From an uncultured Gemmatimonadota bacterium (GTDB lineage Bacteria > SM23-81), in the NCBI GenBank assembly GCA_964584035.1, contig CAZOYL010000002.1, positions 31,035 through 57,959 of the forward strand: a stretch of DNA of 26,925 nucleotides, written 5' to 3'. The translations under genes and the position numbers were made by a program. Position 1 is the first letter of the stretch, and each line of letters begins with the position of its first letter. Below are positions 15,706 to 24,908 of this stretch, piece by piece. The notes beneath the pieces are model-generated. The model saw only the letters and a program-made list of their open reading frames with translations. It did no database searches and was not told where the DNA came from.

Positions 15706-16952
15706 AATTAGTTGTCTTTGAAGATGACAAGTATGAACAACTCTATCCCCTTTCCTTGACGCGACCCGTTTTCGAATTGAAATGCGGGATGACCAGTTTG
15801 ATTGAGAAAATCAGCAGAACCTATCCTGCCAGCGAGATTTCCTATTTTATTCGAGATTATCTCGTGGGGACATTTAAAAAACGGCATCCGTCCGATTCGG
15901 TGAATGATATCCGAACTCTACTGGACAGCGATCTGGTCATCATCAATGGACGATGTTTATTCATCGATACCCCGGCAGATGTTCTCGGCGCAGAGGGATG
16001 GGCGGGAGAAAACGACCAGGTCGTCTGTGCTAAAATACGGAAAGAGACGTTAGGGGAATTTCACGGAGATGATCTGAAGAAATTGCTCGGTTATATAAAA
16101 TCAAAAACAAAAAATGTGCCGTTCGACTATAAGCTCATCAGCTACCCCTGGGATCTGATCAATTACAATTCCGCGGCGCTTCATGATGATTTCAAAAACA
16201 TGAACTGGCCAGGCATCGAGGGGTTTATGGCGAAGGAAGCAGCCATTTACGGTCCCAAAGCACAGGTTTCTATCTCCAAAGGCGCAAAGGTACATCCTTT
16301 CGTCTGTATCGATACGGACACCGGGCCCGTCTTCATAGACGAAGGGGCCCAAATTCACCCCTTCACTCATATCCAGGGACCTTGTTATATCGGTAAAAAC
16401 AGCATCATCTTAGGGGCAAAAATTCGCGAAGGATGCTCAATCGGCCCTGTCTGCCGGATCGGCGGCGAAGTTGAAGAGAGCATCTTTCACGGTTATGCAA
16501 ATAAAGCTCATGATGGATTCATCGGGCATGCATATGTCGGAGAATGGGTGAACCTCGGCGCACTGACCACGAACAGCGACCTGAAAAATGATTACAGCAC
16601 AATTAGTGTCATTGTTAAAGGAAAACCTGTTGATACCGGAAGTATCAAGGTGGGATCGTTCTTTGGCGACCATACCAAGACCAGCATCGGCACCTACATC
16701 AATACCGGAGCTCACATTGGTGCTTTATGTGTCATCGTATCCTCGGGAGGCGTTCTGCCCAAATATATCCCCTCGGGCAGCTGGTTTGTCAACGATTCCG
16801 TGACCAGAGGTTTCGGTTTGAAAAGCATGCTGCACACAGCTGAAACGGTTATGGCCAGAAGGAAAGTCAGCTATACCAAGGATGATGCTGAACTGCTCAA
16901 GAAAGTGTACCAACTTACGAAACCAGAAAGAGACGCCTTGATCAAGAGATGA
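15702..16952 (+). CDS. GlmU-like protein: putative sugar-nucleotidyltransferase N-domain plus left-handed beta-helix acyltransferase
   Basis: N-terminal VVFEDD...LYPLSLTRPVFELKCG, then YPWDLI and hexapeptide repeats. NKAHDGFIGHAYVGEWVNLGALTTNSDLKNDY matches the alternative bacterial GlmU family. ATGA overlap with the ligase gene. Confidence 0.88.
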   Translation: MKLVVFEDDKYEQLYPLSLTRPVFELKCGMTSLIEKISRTYPASEISYFIRDYLVGTFKKRHPSDSVNDIRTLLDSDLVIINGRCLFIDTPADVLGAEGWAGENDQVVCAKIRKETLGEFHGDDLKKLLGYIKSKTKNVPFDYKLISYPWDLINYNSAALHDDFKNMNWPGIEGFMAKEAAIYGPKAQVSISKGAKVHPFVCIDTDTGPVFIDEGAQIHPFTHIQGPCYIGKNSIILGAKIREGCSIGPVCRIGGEVEESIFHGYANKAHDGFIGHAYVGEWVNLGALTTNSDLKNDYSTISVIVKGKPVDTGSIKVGSFFGDHTKTSIGTYINTGAHIGALCVIVSSGGVLPKYIPSGSWFVNDSVTRGFGLKSMLHTAETVMARRKVSYTKDDAELLKKVYQLTKPERDALIKR

Positions 16953-16954
16953 AC

Positions 16955-16991
16955 AAAAAGGGAGCCACCGTTCCAGTATCGGTGGCTCCCT
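16955..16991. terminator. Intrinsic terminator between convergent operons
   Basis: 12-bp stem AGGGAGCCACCG / CGGTGGCTCCCT. The A-run on the left forms a U-tail on the minus strand. Confidence 0.8.
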
Positions 16992-17016
16992 CGACAGTAA
17001 AGGTTGATCCCCGCAG

Positions 17017-18357
17017 CTAGGTCCCGCTGATGGTCATCTCCGCCACCCGGAAGGTCGGACAGGTCGTCGAGCGATCAAAGACCAGGTCATCGGCCACCGC
17101 ATCCATATTGGCCAGCATGTCCAGGAGATTGGAGGCGATGGTCACCCTGGCCACCGGCCTGGTCAGCTCGCCGTTCTCGATCCACATCCCCACAGCGCCC
17201 ACCGAGAAATCGCCGGTGACCACATTGGCGGCCTGGCCCAGGGTGTAAAACACATACAGCCCCTTCTGAATACCGGAGACGATCTCCTGCGGGGTCTGGC
17301 GGCCCTTGTGCAGATAAAAGTTGCAGGTGCCGATGCCCGGACGCTGTTCGTAGGAACCTCTCCGGGCATTTCCGGTGATGCCGGCTCCGGCCTTCTTGGC
17401 CGTGGCGGTGTCGTAGAGAAATCTCTTCAGAACGCCCCGGTCGATGATCGTCTTTCTCTGGGTGGGCACCCCCTCGTCGTCCACCGGCGCGGAGCCCAGG
17501 CCTTTGCCCAGCAGACCGTCGTCCATGACCGTCACCAGATCGGAGCCGATCTTCTCCTCCAGCCTGCCCGCCAGAAAGGAGGATTTCTTGTATACGCTGT
17601 CGCCATTGACGGCTCCGGCGATGCCGCCCAGCACGCTTCGTCCGGCATAGGGATCGAAGATCACCGGGGCGGTCTGGCTCTGGACCGGCGCGGCCCCCAG
17701 GAGGGGCACGGCCCGCTGTACAGCCCGGCCGGCCAGTTCCTCCAGGGTAGGCAGATCCTTAAAAGAGCGGGCATAGGAATAGCCCCAGCCGCTGCGCTGG
17801 TCGTTGTTGCCCTCGGCCACCACGCCGATGCCGAAATCACACCAGGTTTCCATATAGGATTCCAGCAGCCCGTTGCTGTTGGCGATGATGGTCTCCCCCT
17901 CCACGTTGGTGATCCAGGAGTTGTCGATCTTGACCACCAGTGGATTCAGGGCCAGGGCCACCCGCTCGATCTCCTGAACGAGAAAAATTCTTTCCTCCAT
18001 GGAGATATCGAACATGGATGGGTCGTAGATGTCCAGCGTGCGGGGCTCCATCAGGACGGGCATGGGAAGGACATTGTGCTCATCGGCCGTGGCCTCCCGG
18101 GCCAGGGCGACGCCCTTGCTGATCAGATCCTCCAGGGCGCTCTCGGAAAAATCGGTGGAACTCACATAGGCCATCTTCCCATCGACGATGATGCGCAGCC
18201 CGATGCCCTTGGAAGTGGCCTGATTCATGATCTCGATCTTCTGGTCACGGTTCTCGATGTAGAGATTGCGGCCGTTTCTCAGATAGGCCTCTGCCGCCGT
18301 CGCTCCGGCTCGGATGGTCTTTTCGATCGTTTTCTGTGCCAGTTCTCGATAGGCCAT
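17017..18357 (-). CDS. pmbA: PmbA/TldE family protein
   Basis: GA.AAEAY, GIGLRII.DGK, IANSNG, PVIFDP, SSFL..RL..KIGS, D.EGVPT, GNA.R, N.VTGDFS.G..G.WIENGE, TIASNL..ML. No HExxxH motif, as expected for TldE. Confidence 0.93.
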   Translation of the reverse strand: MAYRELAQKTIEKTIRAGATAAEAYLRNGRNLYIENRDQKIEIMNQATSKGIGLRIIVDGKMAYVSSTDFSESALEDLISKGVALAREATADEHNVLPMPVLMEPRTLDIYDPSMFDISMEERIFLVQEIERVALALNPLVVKIDNSWITNVEGETIIANSNGLLESYMETWCDFGIGVVAEGNNDQRSGWGYSYARSFKDLPTLEELAGRAVQRAVPLLGAAPVQSQTAPVIFDPYAGRSVLGGIAGAVNGDSVYKKSSFLAGRLEEKIGSDLVTVMDDGLLGKGLGSAPVDDEGVPTQRKTIIDRGVLKRFLYDTATAKKAGAGITGNARRGSYEQRPGIGTCNFYLHKGRQTPQEIVSGIQKGLYVFYTLGQAANVVTGDFSVGAVGMWIENGELTRPVARVTIASNLLDMLANMDAVADDLVFDRSTTCPTFRVAEMTISGT

Positions 18358-18419
18358 GATGGTCTCCAGCTTGTCGGTGAATCGTCACATCTGTCCGATG
18401 AAAAACGATCTTCCCGGCC

Positions 18420-19964
18420 TCACACCTGGGTTCCGCCCACGGTGATGGCCGAGATACGAAATTCCGGCGCCCCCTCGGTGACGCAGGCCGTCTGACCGCC
18501 CTTGCCGCAGAAACCCAGGGTGAAGCCCAGGTTGGGGCCGACGCGGTCGATCTTCTGCATCACCTCCGGCCCGTTACCGATCAGAATGGCATTGCGCACC
18601 GGGTATGTCACCTGGCCGTTTTCGATGCGGTAGGCCTCGGTCACGCGGAAGACGAACTCGCCGGTCATGGTGTGCACCTGGCCGCTGCCGATGGAGGCCA
18701 CCAGCAGGCCATCGCTGGTGGATCGGATCATCTCCTCGGGTTCGTCCTGGCCGGCGGCCAAAAAGGTGTTGGTCATCCTGGGAATGGCCATTTCCCGGAA
18801 GCTCTCCCGCCGGCCGTTGCCGGTGGACCGGGTGCTCATCTGAGCGGCGCTGAGGTTATCGTGCATGAAACCCCTGAGGATGCCGTTCTCGATGAGCACC
18901 TTGCGCTGTCCCGGAACACCCTCGTCATCGATGGTCAGGCTGCCCCGTTTGCCGATCAGGGTAGCATCGTCGATCACCGTGATCAGATCGGAGCCCACCC
19001 GCTGCCCCAGTTTGTCGGAGTAATAGGACAGCTGCTTATAAATGCCGTCGCCCTCCAGCCCATGGCCGATAGACTCGTGAAACATGGTGCCGCCGTGGCC
19101 GGCGGCGATAACGACCGGCATCTGACCGGAGGGAGCCTCTCTGGCGGCCAGCATGTCCACCGCCTGGCGGGCCGCCTCGCGGGCCAGGTCTTCCGGCGTG
19201 TGCTCATCGAAAAACTCCCAACCCACGCGACCCCCCATGGATTTGAATCCATCCTGGCGGACATCGCCATCCTCGGCGACGACGCTGGTCATCATCCACA
19301 TCTGCGGGGAACGATCGTTGGCCCATAATCCTTGGGAGTTGGCCACGATCTTCTCGCGGAAATCATCGTAATAGATCACCCGGACCTGAATGATCCGGGA
19401 ATCGTAGTCCCGGGCCGTCTGGTTGGCCCGCCAGGCCAGAGCGACCTTTTCTTTTTCGGCCACCCGGTCCAGAGGCTGATGGGTTTGCCAGTATTTGTCG
19501 GGACGATCCCCGCCCATCAGGGCCTCCGGCGCCGGTCCGGCGGGACCCGAGGCGATATAGGCGGCCACTCGAGCCGTTTCCTCGAGCTTCTCCATGCTCA
19601 GGTCGGCCGAATGGGCATAGCCGCTCCGGCCCTCGGAGACGACCCGCACGCCCGCGCCCTGACGAAGGCGATACTGGATGTTCTTCAGTTTGTCTTCGTC
19701 CAGATTGATCCTCGTGTAGGCGCTGCTCTCGGCATAGATCTCGGCGAAATCGCCGCCCCGGCTGAGGGCCACCTCCAGCAGCCGGGTCAATTCCTGCTGG
19801 TTGAGATCCCGGATGGAGATCTCCGGACCAGCCCCCTCGGCGACCGCGGACGCCAGGCCGTGGAAGATCATGGGTGAGACGACCAGAATGGCGCCTCCCT
19901 GGGCGCCTTTTTTCATAAACTCCCGTCGGGGAATCCGCTTGCCGGGTAGATGGGGCTTGGCCAT
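18420..19964 (-). CDS. tldD: TldD family metalloprotease with a twin-arginine signal peptide
   Basis: ALSRGGDFAEIY, FHESIGHGLEGD (HExxGH), DDEGVP, TGNGRRES, PRMTNT, CGKGGQ. N-terminus PRREFMKK followed by a hydrophobic stretch ending ASAVA. Confidence 0.94.
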   Translation of the reverse strand: MAKPHLPGKRIPRREFMKKGAQGGAILVVSPMIFHGLASAVAEGAGPEISIRDLNQQELTRLLEVALSRGGDFAEIYAESSAYTRINLDEDKLKNIQYRLRQGAGVRVVSEGRSGYAHSADLSMEKLEETARVAAYIASGPAGPAPEALMGGDRPDKYWQTHQPLDRVAEKEKVALAWRANQTARDYDSRIIQVRVIYYDDFREKIVANSQGLWANDRSPQMWMMTSVVAEDGDVRQDGFKSMGGRVGWEFFDEHTPEDLAREAARQAVDMLAAREAPSGQMPVVIAAGHGGTMFHESIGHGLEGDGIYKQLSYYSDKLGQRVGSDLITVIDDATLIGKRGSLTIDDEGVPGQRKVLIENGILRGFMHDNLSAAQMSTRSTGNGRRESFREMAIPRMTNTFLAAGQDEPEEMIRSTSDGLLVASIGSGQVHTMTGEFVFRVTEAYRIENGQVTYPVRNAILIGNGPEVMQKIDRVGPNLGFTLGFCGKGGQTACVTEGAPEFRISAITVGGTQV

Positions 19965-20056
19965 GAGTGACTCCTTTCGTCAGATGACGTTTCATTCGAA
20001 CATCACGCTCGATCAGGCCGTCGCGATGAGAGATATCTTACCCTGCACCATGCATG

Positions 20057-20090
20057 AAAAAACCGCAGAGTACACGACTCCTCTGCGGTT
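20057..20090 (-). terminator. Intrinsic terminator after the LTD gene
   Basis: Minus strand AACCGCAGAG-N10-CTCTGCGGTT-TTTT. Confidence 0.75.
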
Positions 20091-20116
20091 ATTCTCAGGT
20101 CAATATGGTTCCTCAT

Positions 20117-20779
20117 CTATCTGAACAACAGCTTGATCTTGCCCCAGGTGGAGCGTTGGGTCACCGGAGCGCTCTGGTTGGAAGCCCCGGGTGTGGGGTG
20201 CGAAAACTTGATGAAATCGGCGGCCGGATCATCGCTGTCCCGGCCATTGGGATTGCGTCCCAGACTGGAACCCGCGGTGATAGCGGGCGCTGCTCCATCG
20301 CCGCCCATCTCACCACCGTGACCGTACCACATGGCATCGACATCCCTGCTTCCTGCGACGGACAGATGCACATCATCACCGGCGGCATCCAGGCTCATCA
20401 GGGGGAATTCCCGGCCGTAGGCGATGGCCTCCACTCCCGGCGGAACGGCCCATTGGTCGGTAAAACAGCAACCGTCATGATCCTTGGCGTCATCCAGATC
20501 GTTGACCAGCAGCAGATAGCCGCCCGCCGGAATGATGGTGCCCTGCGGCAGAACCAGATCCCGCCGTTTGGCCAGGCCCTGAATGGGCGAATTGGCCAGC
20601 AGCCACCCGCTCACATCCACATCCTGCGGTCCGGCGTTATACAGCTCGATCCACTGCAGATCTTCATCCCCGTCCGAATCGGCCTGGACCATAACCTCGT
20701 TGATGACCACATCTCCAGCCGAAAGACCGGACAGGAAGACACAACCGATGATGAGACACAGAGGAAAAAGGGCTTTCAT
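20117..20779 (-). CDS. Secreted lamin-tail-domain (LTD) protein with a C-terminal TWGxIK motif
   Basis: Signal peptide; VVINEVM, WIELYN.G...VDVSGW.L, GTIIPAGGYLL, GSSLGR.PNG.DSD...DF...PTPG..N; ends APVTQRSTWGKIKLLFR. ATG at 20779 follows GAGG (alternative GTG at 20791). Confidence 0.85.
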   Translation of the reverse strand: MKALFPLCLIIGCVFLSGLSAGDVVINEVMVQADSDGDEDLQWIELYNAGPQDVDVSGWLLANSPIQGLAKRRDLVLPQGTIIPAGGYLLLVNDLDDAKDHDGCCFTDQWAVPPGVEAIAYGREFPLMSLDAAGDDVHLSVAGSRDVDAMWYGHGGEMGGDGAAPAITAGSSLGRNPNGRDSDDPAADFIKFSHPTPGASNQSAPVTQRSTWGKIKLLFR

Positions 20780-20825
20780 ATAGCGCCTCACCTCCCCCAG
20801 AGCGATCAGGGTTTGTAATCGCTAA

Positions 20826-20854
20826 AATATACCCATAGCCCGCTGAGATGTCAA
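20826..20854 (-). promoter_or_regulatory. Sigma70 promoter for the LTD gene, overlapping the yyaL stop codon
   Basis: Minus strand TTGACA-N17-TATATT. Confidence 0.75.
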
Positions 20855-23082
20855 GTTTTTTCTGGACCGATCAAATCCATCATCTCCCCCGCATCGGTGA
20901 CCGGCATCCGGCAGGCAAAGTTCCGGCACACATAGGCGGCGGCCTTGCCCGCCACGGGAACCTGATCCCTGACGGCGGGAATGAGCTCCTCGACGGCCCG
21001 GCCCTCCCTACCGGGAGCATGAAGCAGGGTCACCACATTGGGCAGAAACCGGCTCCGAAGCGCAGCCAGCATCCGCCGGGTGTCCTCCCCCTGCGGATCT
21101 CCGGCGATGACCACCTCGAGGGCGGGGCCCAGGGCGAAATCCAGGGCCATGAGCAGATGAGAAAAACCGCCGGGGACGCTGACCACCTGGGCCGCAGAGC
21201 TGTCGATGGCCTCCCGGGCCCGGTCCTCCCAGCGGCTCCCGGCCGTCAACCGGGAGAGACGCAGCAGGCTCAGAGCCGCCACCGAATTGCCCGCGGGCAG
21301 GGCGCCGTCGGTGACCTCCTTGGGCCGCACGAGCAACGGCTGGCCATCCACGCCGGTGAGGAAGAACCCGCCTCCCTGCGCGTCCCAGAACAACTCCTCC
21401 ATCCGCCGGGCCAATTCCAAAGCCTCTTTGAGATACCGGGCCTGGAAAGTGGCCTCGTAGAGTTCGATCAGACCCCACAGGAGGAAAGCGTAATCGTCCA
21501 GGAAGCCGGCGATGGCCGCCTGACCGTCGCGATAGCGGTGCAGCAGACGGCCGCAGCCGTTCCACAGATGCGAACCGATGAAATCCACCGCCCGCTGCGC
21601 GGCGCGGACATATTCCTCATCCCCCAGAATCGCGCCGCCCCGGGCCAGAGCCGCAACCATCAGGCCGTTCCAGTCGGTCAGGATCTTGTCGTCCTTGGGC
21701 GGAGAAATCCTCCCCCGGCGGGCGGCATACAGCTTCTGGCGGGAGGTCTCCAGAAACCGCTGCAGCTGCCGGGGCGACATCTTCTCCCGTTCGGCGAAGG
21801 GCTCCAGGGCAAAGGTCCGATGGAGCACACTGGCGCCATCCTCGAAATTCCCCCGATCGGTGACCCCGAAGAAGCGGCCGAACAGGGCGCCCTCCTCCCT
21901 GCCCAGGACAGAACCGATCTGGTCCGGCCTCCAGACATAATAGCGGCCCTCGTGTCCCTCGCTGTCGGCGTCCTCGGCCGAGTAAAAACCACCCTCAGGG
22001 GAAGTCATGTCCCGGAGAACGTAGCGGAAGATCTCCCGGACCACGCCGGCATGGCGTTCATCTCCGGCGGCCTGAAAGGCCTCCAGGTAGGCCAGCGACA
22101 GCAGCGCCTGGTCGTAGAGCATCTTCTCGAAATGAGGCACCAGCCAGCGGGCATCGGTGGCATAACGGTGAAATCCGAAGCCCAGATGGTCGTAGATCCC
22201 TCCCCGCCAAAGCCCGGAGAGGGTCTTCTCGACCATGCCCAGAGCCCCTTCCTGCCCGCTGCGCCGCCACCAGCGCAGCAGCAGGGAGAGATGATGGGGG
22301 GTGGGGAACTTGGGAGCGGCACCGAATCCTCCGTGCTCGCCGTCGAAACGATCCTCGAGCTGGCGGCAAGCCTGCTCCAGAATATCCTCCGACAGCCGGC
22401 CCCGATGGGAAGCGGTCGAGAGGTCCCGCAGGGCGTCGGCCATACGCGCTCCGGTGCGGAGCAATCGTTTCCGGTCCTCCTGCCAGAGGGAGACGATCTG
22501 CTGCAGGATGTCCCGCAGTCCCGGGCGGCCGTATTTCGATCTCTTGGGGAAATAGGTGCCGGCGAAAAAAGGCCGGCCCTGGGCCGTCATCACGATCGTC
22601 AGCGGCCATCCGCCGGAACCGGTCATGGCCTGGCAGGCGGTCATATAGATGTGATCCACATCGGGCCGTTCCTCCCGGTCCACCTTGACGGCCACAAAAT
22701 GCCGGTTGAGAAAACCGGCCACCTCCTCGTCCTGAAAAGATTCCCTCTCCATCACGTGACACCAGTGACAGGCGGAGTAGCCGATGGACAGGAAAACGGG
22801 TCTGTCCTCCCGGCGAGCCCTGGAGAAAGCTTCCTCACCCCACGGATACCAGTCGATGGGATTGCCGGCATGCTGCAGCAGGTAGGGGCTTTTCTCGCCG
22901 GCGAGATGATTACCCTGGCGGGGATCCTTCGGCGAGTCATTTCCGGATCCCGAATCGGTCCCTCTGTTCTCAGGCGGCACGATCTCCTCCCGGTGAGTCC
23001 GCTGAAGACAGGTCATCCCCATGACGACCAGCGATAAAAGAGCTGCCGTCCTGAGCATCTGCCGGATTTCTGCCCAGGCCAT
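20851..23082 (-). CDS. yyaL: YyaL/SSP411 (DUF255) thioredoxin-domain protein with an (alpha/alpha)6 barrel
   Basis: [91 protein letters not shown]. Confidence 0.95.
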   Translation of the reverse strand: MAWAEIRQMLRTAALLSLVVMGMTCLQRTHREEIVPPENRGTDSGSGNDSPKDPRQGNHLAGEKSPYLLQHAGNPIDWYPWGEEAFSRARREDRPVFLSIGYSACHWCHVMERESFQDEEVAGFLNRHFVAVKVDREERPDVDHIYMTACQAMTGSGGWPLTIVMTAQGRPFFAGTYFPKRSKYGRPGLRDILQQIVSLWQEDRKRLLRTGARMADALRDLSTASHRGRLSEDILEQACRQLEDRFDGEHGGFGAAPKFPTPHHLSLLLRWWRRSGQEGALGMVEKTLSGLWRGGIYDHLGFGFHRYATDARWLVPHFEKMLYDQALLSLAYLEAFQAAGDERHAGVVREIFRYVLRDMTSPEGGFYSAEDADSEGHEGRYYVWRPDQIGSVLGREEGALFGRFFGVTDRGNFEDGASVLHRTFALEPFAEREKMSPRQLQRFLETSRQKLYAARRGRISPPKDDKILTDWNGLMVAALARGGAILGDEEYVRAAQRAVDFIGSHLWNGCGRLLHRYRDGQAAIAGFLDDYAFLLWGLIELYEATFQARYLKEALELARRMEELFWDAQGGGFFLTGVDGQPLLVRPKEVTDGALPAGNSVAALSLLRLSRLTAGSRWEDRAREAIDSSAAQVVSVPGGFSHLLMALDFALGPALEVVIAGDPQGEDTRRMLAALRSRFLPNVVTLLHAPGREGRAVEELIPAVRDQVPVAGKAAAYVCRNFACRMPVTDAGEMMDLIGPEKT

Positions 23083-23105
23083 CCTTCTGCTTTCGCCCTC
23101 CCGTT

Positions 23106-23144
23106 AAAAGGCAAAGCCCGGTCCATAAGGAACCGGGCTTTGCC
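23106..23144 (-). terminator. Intrinsic terminator after the 5'-nucleotidase gene
   Basis: 13-bp stem GGCAAAGCCCGGT / ACCGGGCTTTGCC with a T-run on the minus strand. Confidence 0.8.
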
Positions 23145-23186
23145 AGGAAAAGGAGGTGCCTAGACGATTGCTCACCTGAGGATGAT

Positions 23187-24884
23187 TTAGAGGCTGCTGA
23201 GACCGCTGAAGGCCTTCTCCAGTTCGGGATCCATTTGGGCCGTATCATCCTCGCTCCATCGCCCGTCGATCCGCGGATCCAGCGGGCTGTGTTCGCGAAC
23301 GTAATCTTCGACCATGGTTCGACCCATGACGTTGGTATAGTAAATATCCCCCGGCGGCACCGTCTTGAGGATCTCCAATCCGATGTTGCCGGCGGCGATG
23401 TAGTCGGTCGTGGCCACCCGGTAGATCTTCTTGGGGTCCAGTGATTCTCCGCCGATCTTGAAGGTGGTGATGCGATCAAAATCGGGCCGGTTGCGGTTGA
23501 AGACGATCTCGGCGCCCGACTGGATCACCCCGGCCCGCCGGCCCCTGATGCGCCATTCCATGACGGTCTTGAGAAACTCCCCGGTCATGCTGATGACCAC
23601 GACGCGGTTGCCGAAAGGCAAGACATCGAAGATATCGCGGGGGCTGATCTCCCCGACGGAGATCTCGGCCCGCACACCGCCCAGGTTGGTAAAGGCGAAA
23701 TCGGACGCGGTGCGCTCCCGCATGGCGTCCACCACCACAGCCCCCATCAGGTTGGTGGCGGCATCGCCGCGATACAGGGTAATCAGAGTGCTTCCGATGG
23801 GCTCATCCATCCCCTCCTCGGCCTCGGCGATGAGCGAATCCACCTTGACACACATGTTCTGGAGAGGGCAGAACTCGTCCTCGAACAGCGTCACGAGGCC
23901 GTTGTCCAATCCCGGAAGCGTATAGCCGGCTATGGTTTTAGTGTCCGCATCCAGCTCGATGGTAACGTGGCCCAGGCCGGTGAAGTGCCCATAATTCTGG
24001 AACATCAGGGTGTGATGATAGGGGTGCTCCCAGGGCTCGTAATAGCCCTTCTCGATATGACCGCAGAACATCAGATCGAGACCCGGCACCTCGTGGACCA
24101 GTTCCATGGCGTTGAGCCGCCAGTCCTTGGTCTCCCCGCGGGCCTCGCGATCCATGATCTCCTGCCAGCCCTCGTCGGCATTATAGGGAATGCCCAGGTG
24201 CACCAGGCCGATCACCAGATCGGCACCCTGCTCGCGGACCTCCTTGATGTACTTTCTCATGACCGGAGCCACCGGCAGAAACTTGACTCCCTCCACGTTG
24301 CCCGGAAAACTGTACACCGGGGTATCGGCCGTGGTCACCCCGATGATGGCCACCTTGACGCCTTTCACCTCCCTGATGATATAAGGGGTGGCGAAATCCA
24401 CGATCTTCCCGGTGCGCTCGTCGATGATGTTGCCGCTGAGCAGCGGGAAGGTGGCCAGGGAGTCGAGCCGGTAGAGGTTTTTCGCCCCGGCGTCGAACTC
24501 GTGATTGCCGATGGCCATGGCATCGTAACCCAACAGATTCATGGCATGGATCACGGCACCGCCTTTGCTCAGAATGCCGACCGGAGTGCCCTGGAAGGAG
24601 TCGCCGGCGTCCAGCAGGAGGAAGCCGTGATCCTGCAGTTTGGCCTGCTCCCGGGCGCAGCAGATGTAGCGTCCGGCCGAAGCCGCTCCGCCCACGACGG
24701 GCGGGAACTCCCGGTTCAAGAAGGTCGCCTCGGTGGGCCCGATGCCTCCGGCGATGTCGTTGGTGTAGATGATGTCGATCTTGATGGTCTCCGGCCCGGC
24801 AGCCGGTTCCTGGGCCATGGCCGGCAGATATAACCCCAACAGCAGGCCGAGGACCAGCGTCAAGGTCAATACGTTCTGTCTCAT
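23187..24884 (-). CDS. Secreted UshA/CpdB-like metallophosphoesterase with a 5'-nucleotidase C-terminal domain
   Basis: Signal peptide; YTNDIA, LLDAGD.FQG, AIGNHEFD, FPLLSGNI, VHLG, CGHIE. C-terminal domain N.GGVRA...G.I...DIF.VLPFGN and YRVATTDY.A.G. Confidence 0.9.
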   Translation of the reverse strand: MRQNVLTLTLVLGLLLGLYLPAMAQEPAAGPETIKIDIIYTNDIAGGIGPTEATFLNREFPPVVGGAASAGRYICCAREQAKLQDHGFLLLDAGDSFQGTPVGILSKGGAVIHAMNLLGYDAMAIGNHEFDAGAKNLYRLDSLATFPLLSGNIIDERTGKIVDFATPYIIREVKGVKVAIIGVTTADTPVYSFPGNVEGVKFLPVAPVMRKYIKEVREQGADLVIGLVHLGIPYNADEGWQEIMDREARGETKDWRLNAMELVHEVPGLDLMFCGHIEKGYYEPWEHPYHHTLMFQNYGHFTGLGHVTIELDADTKTIAGYTLPGLDNGLVTLFEDEFCPLQNMCVKVDSLIAEAEEGMDEPIGSTLITLYRGDAATNLMGAVVVDAMRERTASDFAFTNLGGVRAEISVGEISPRDIFDVLPFGNRVVVISMTGEFLKTVMEWRIRGRRAGVIQSGAEIVFNRNRPDFDRITTFKIGGESLDPKKIYRVATTDYIAAGNIGLEILKTVPPGDIYYTNVMGRTMVEDYVREHSPLDPRIDGRWSEDDTAQMDPELEKAFSGLSSL

Positions 24885-24908
24885 GATAATATCAACACTC
24901 CTCTCTGA

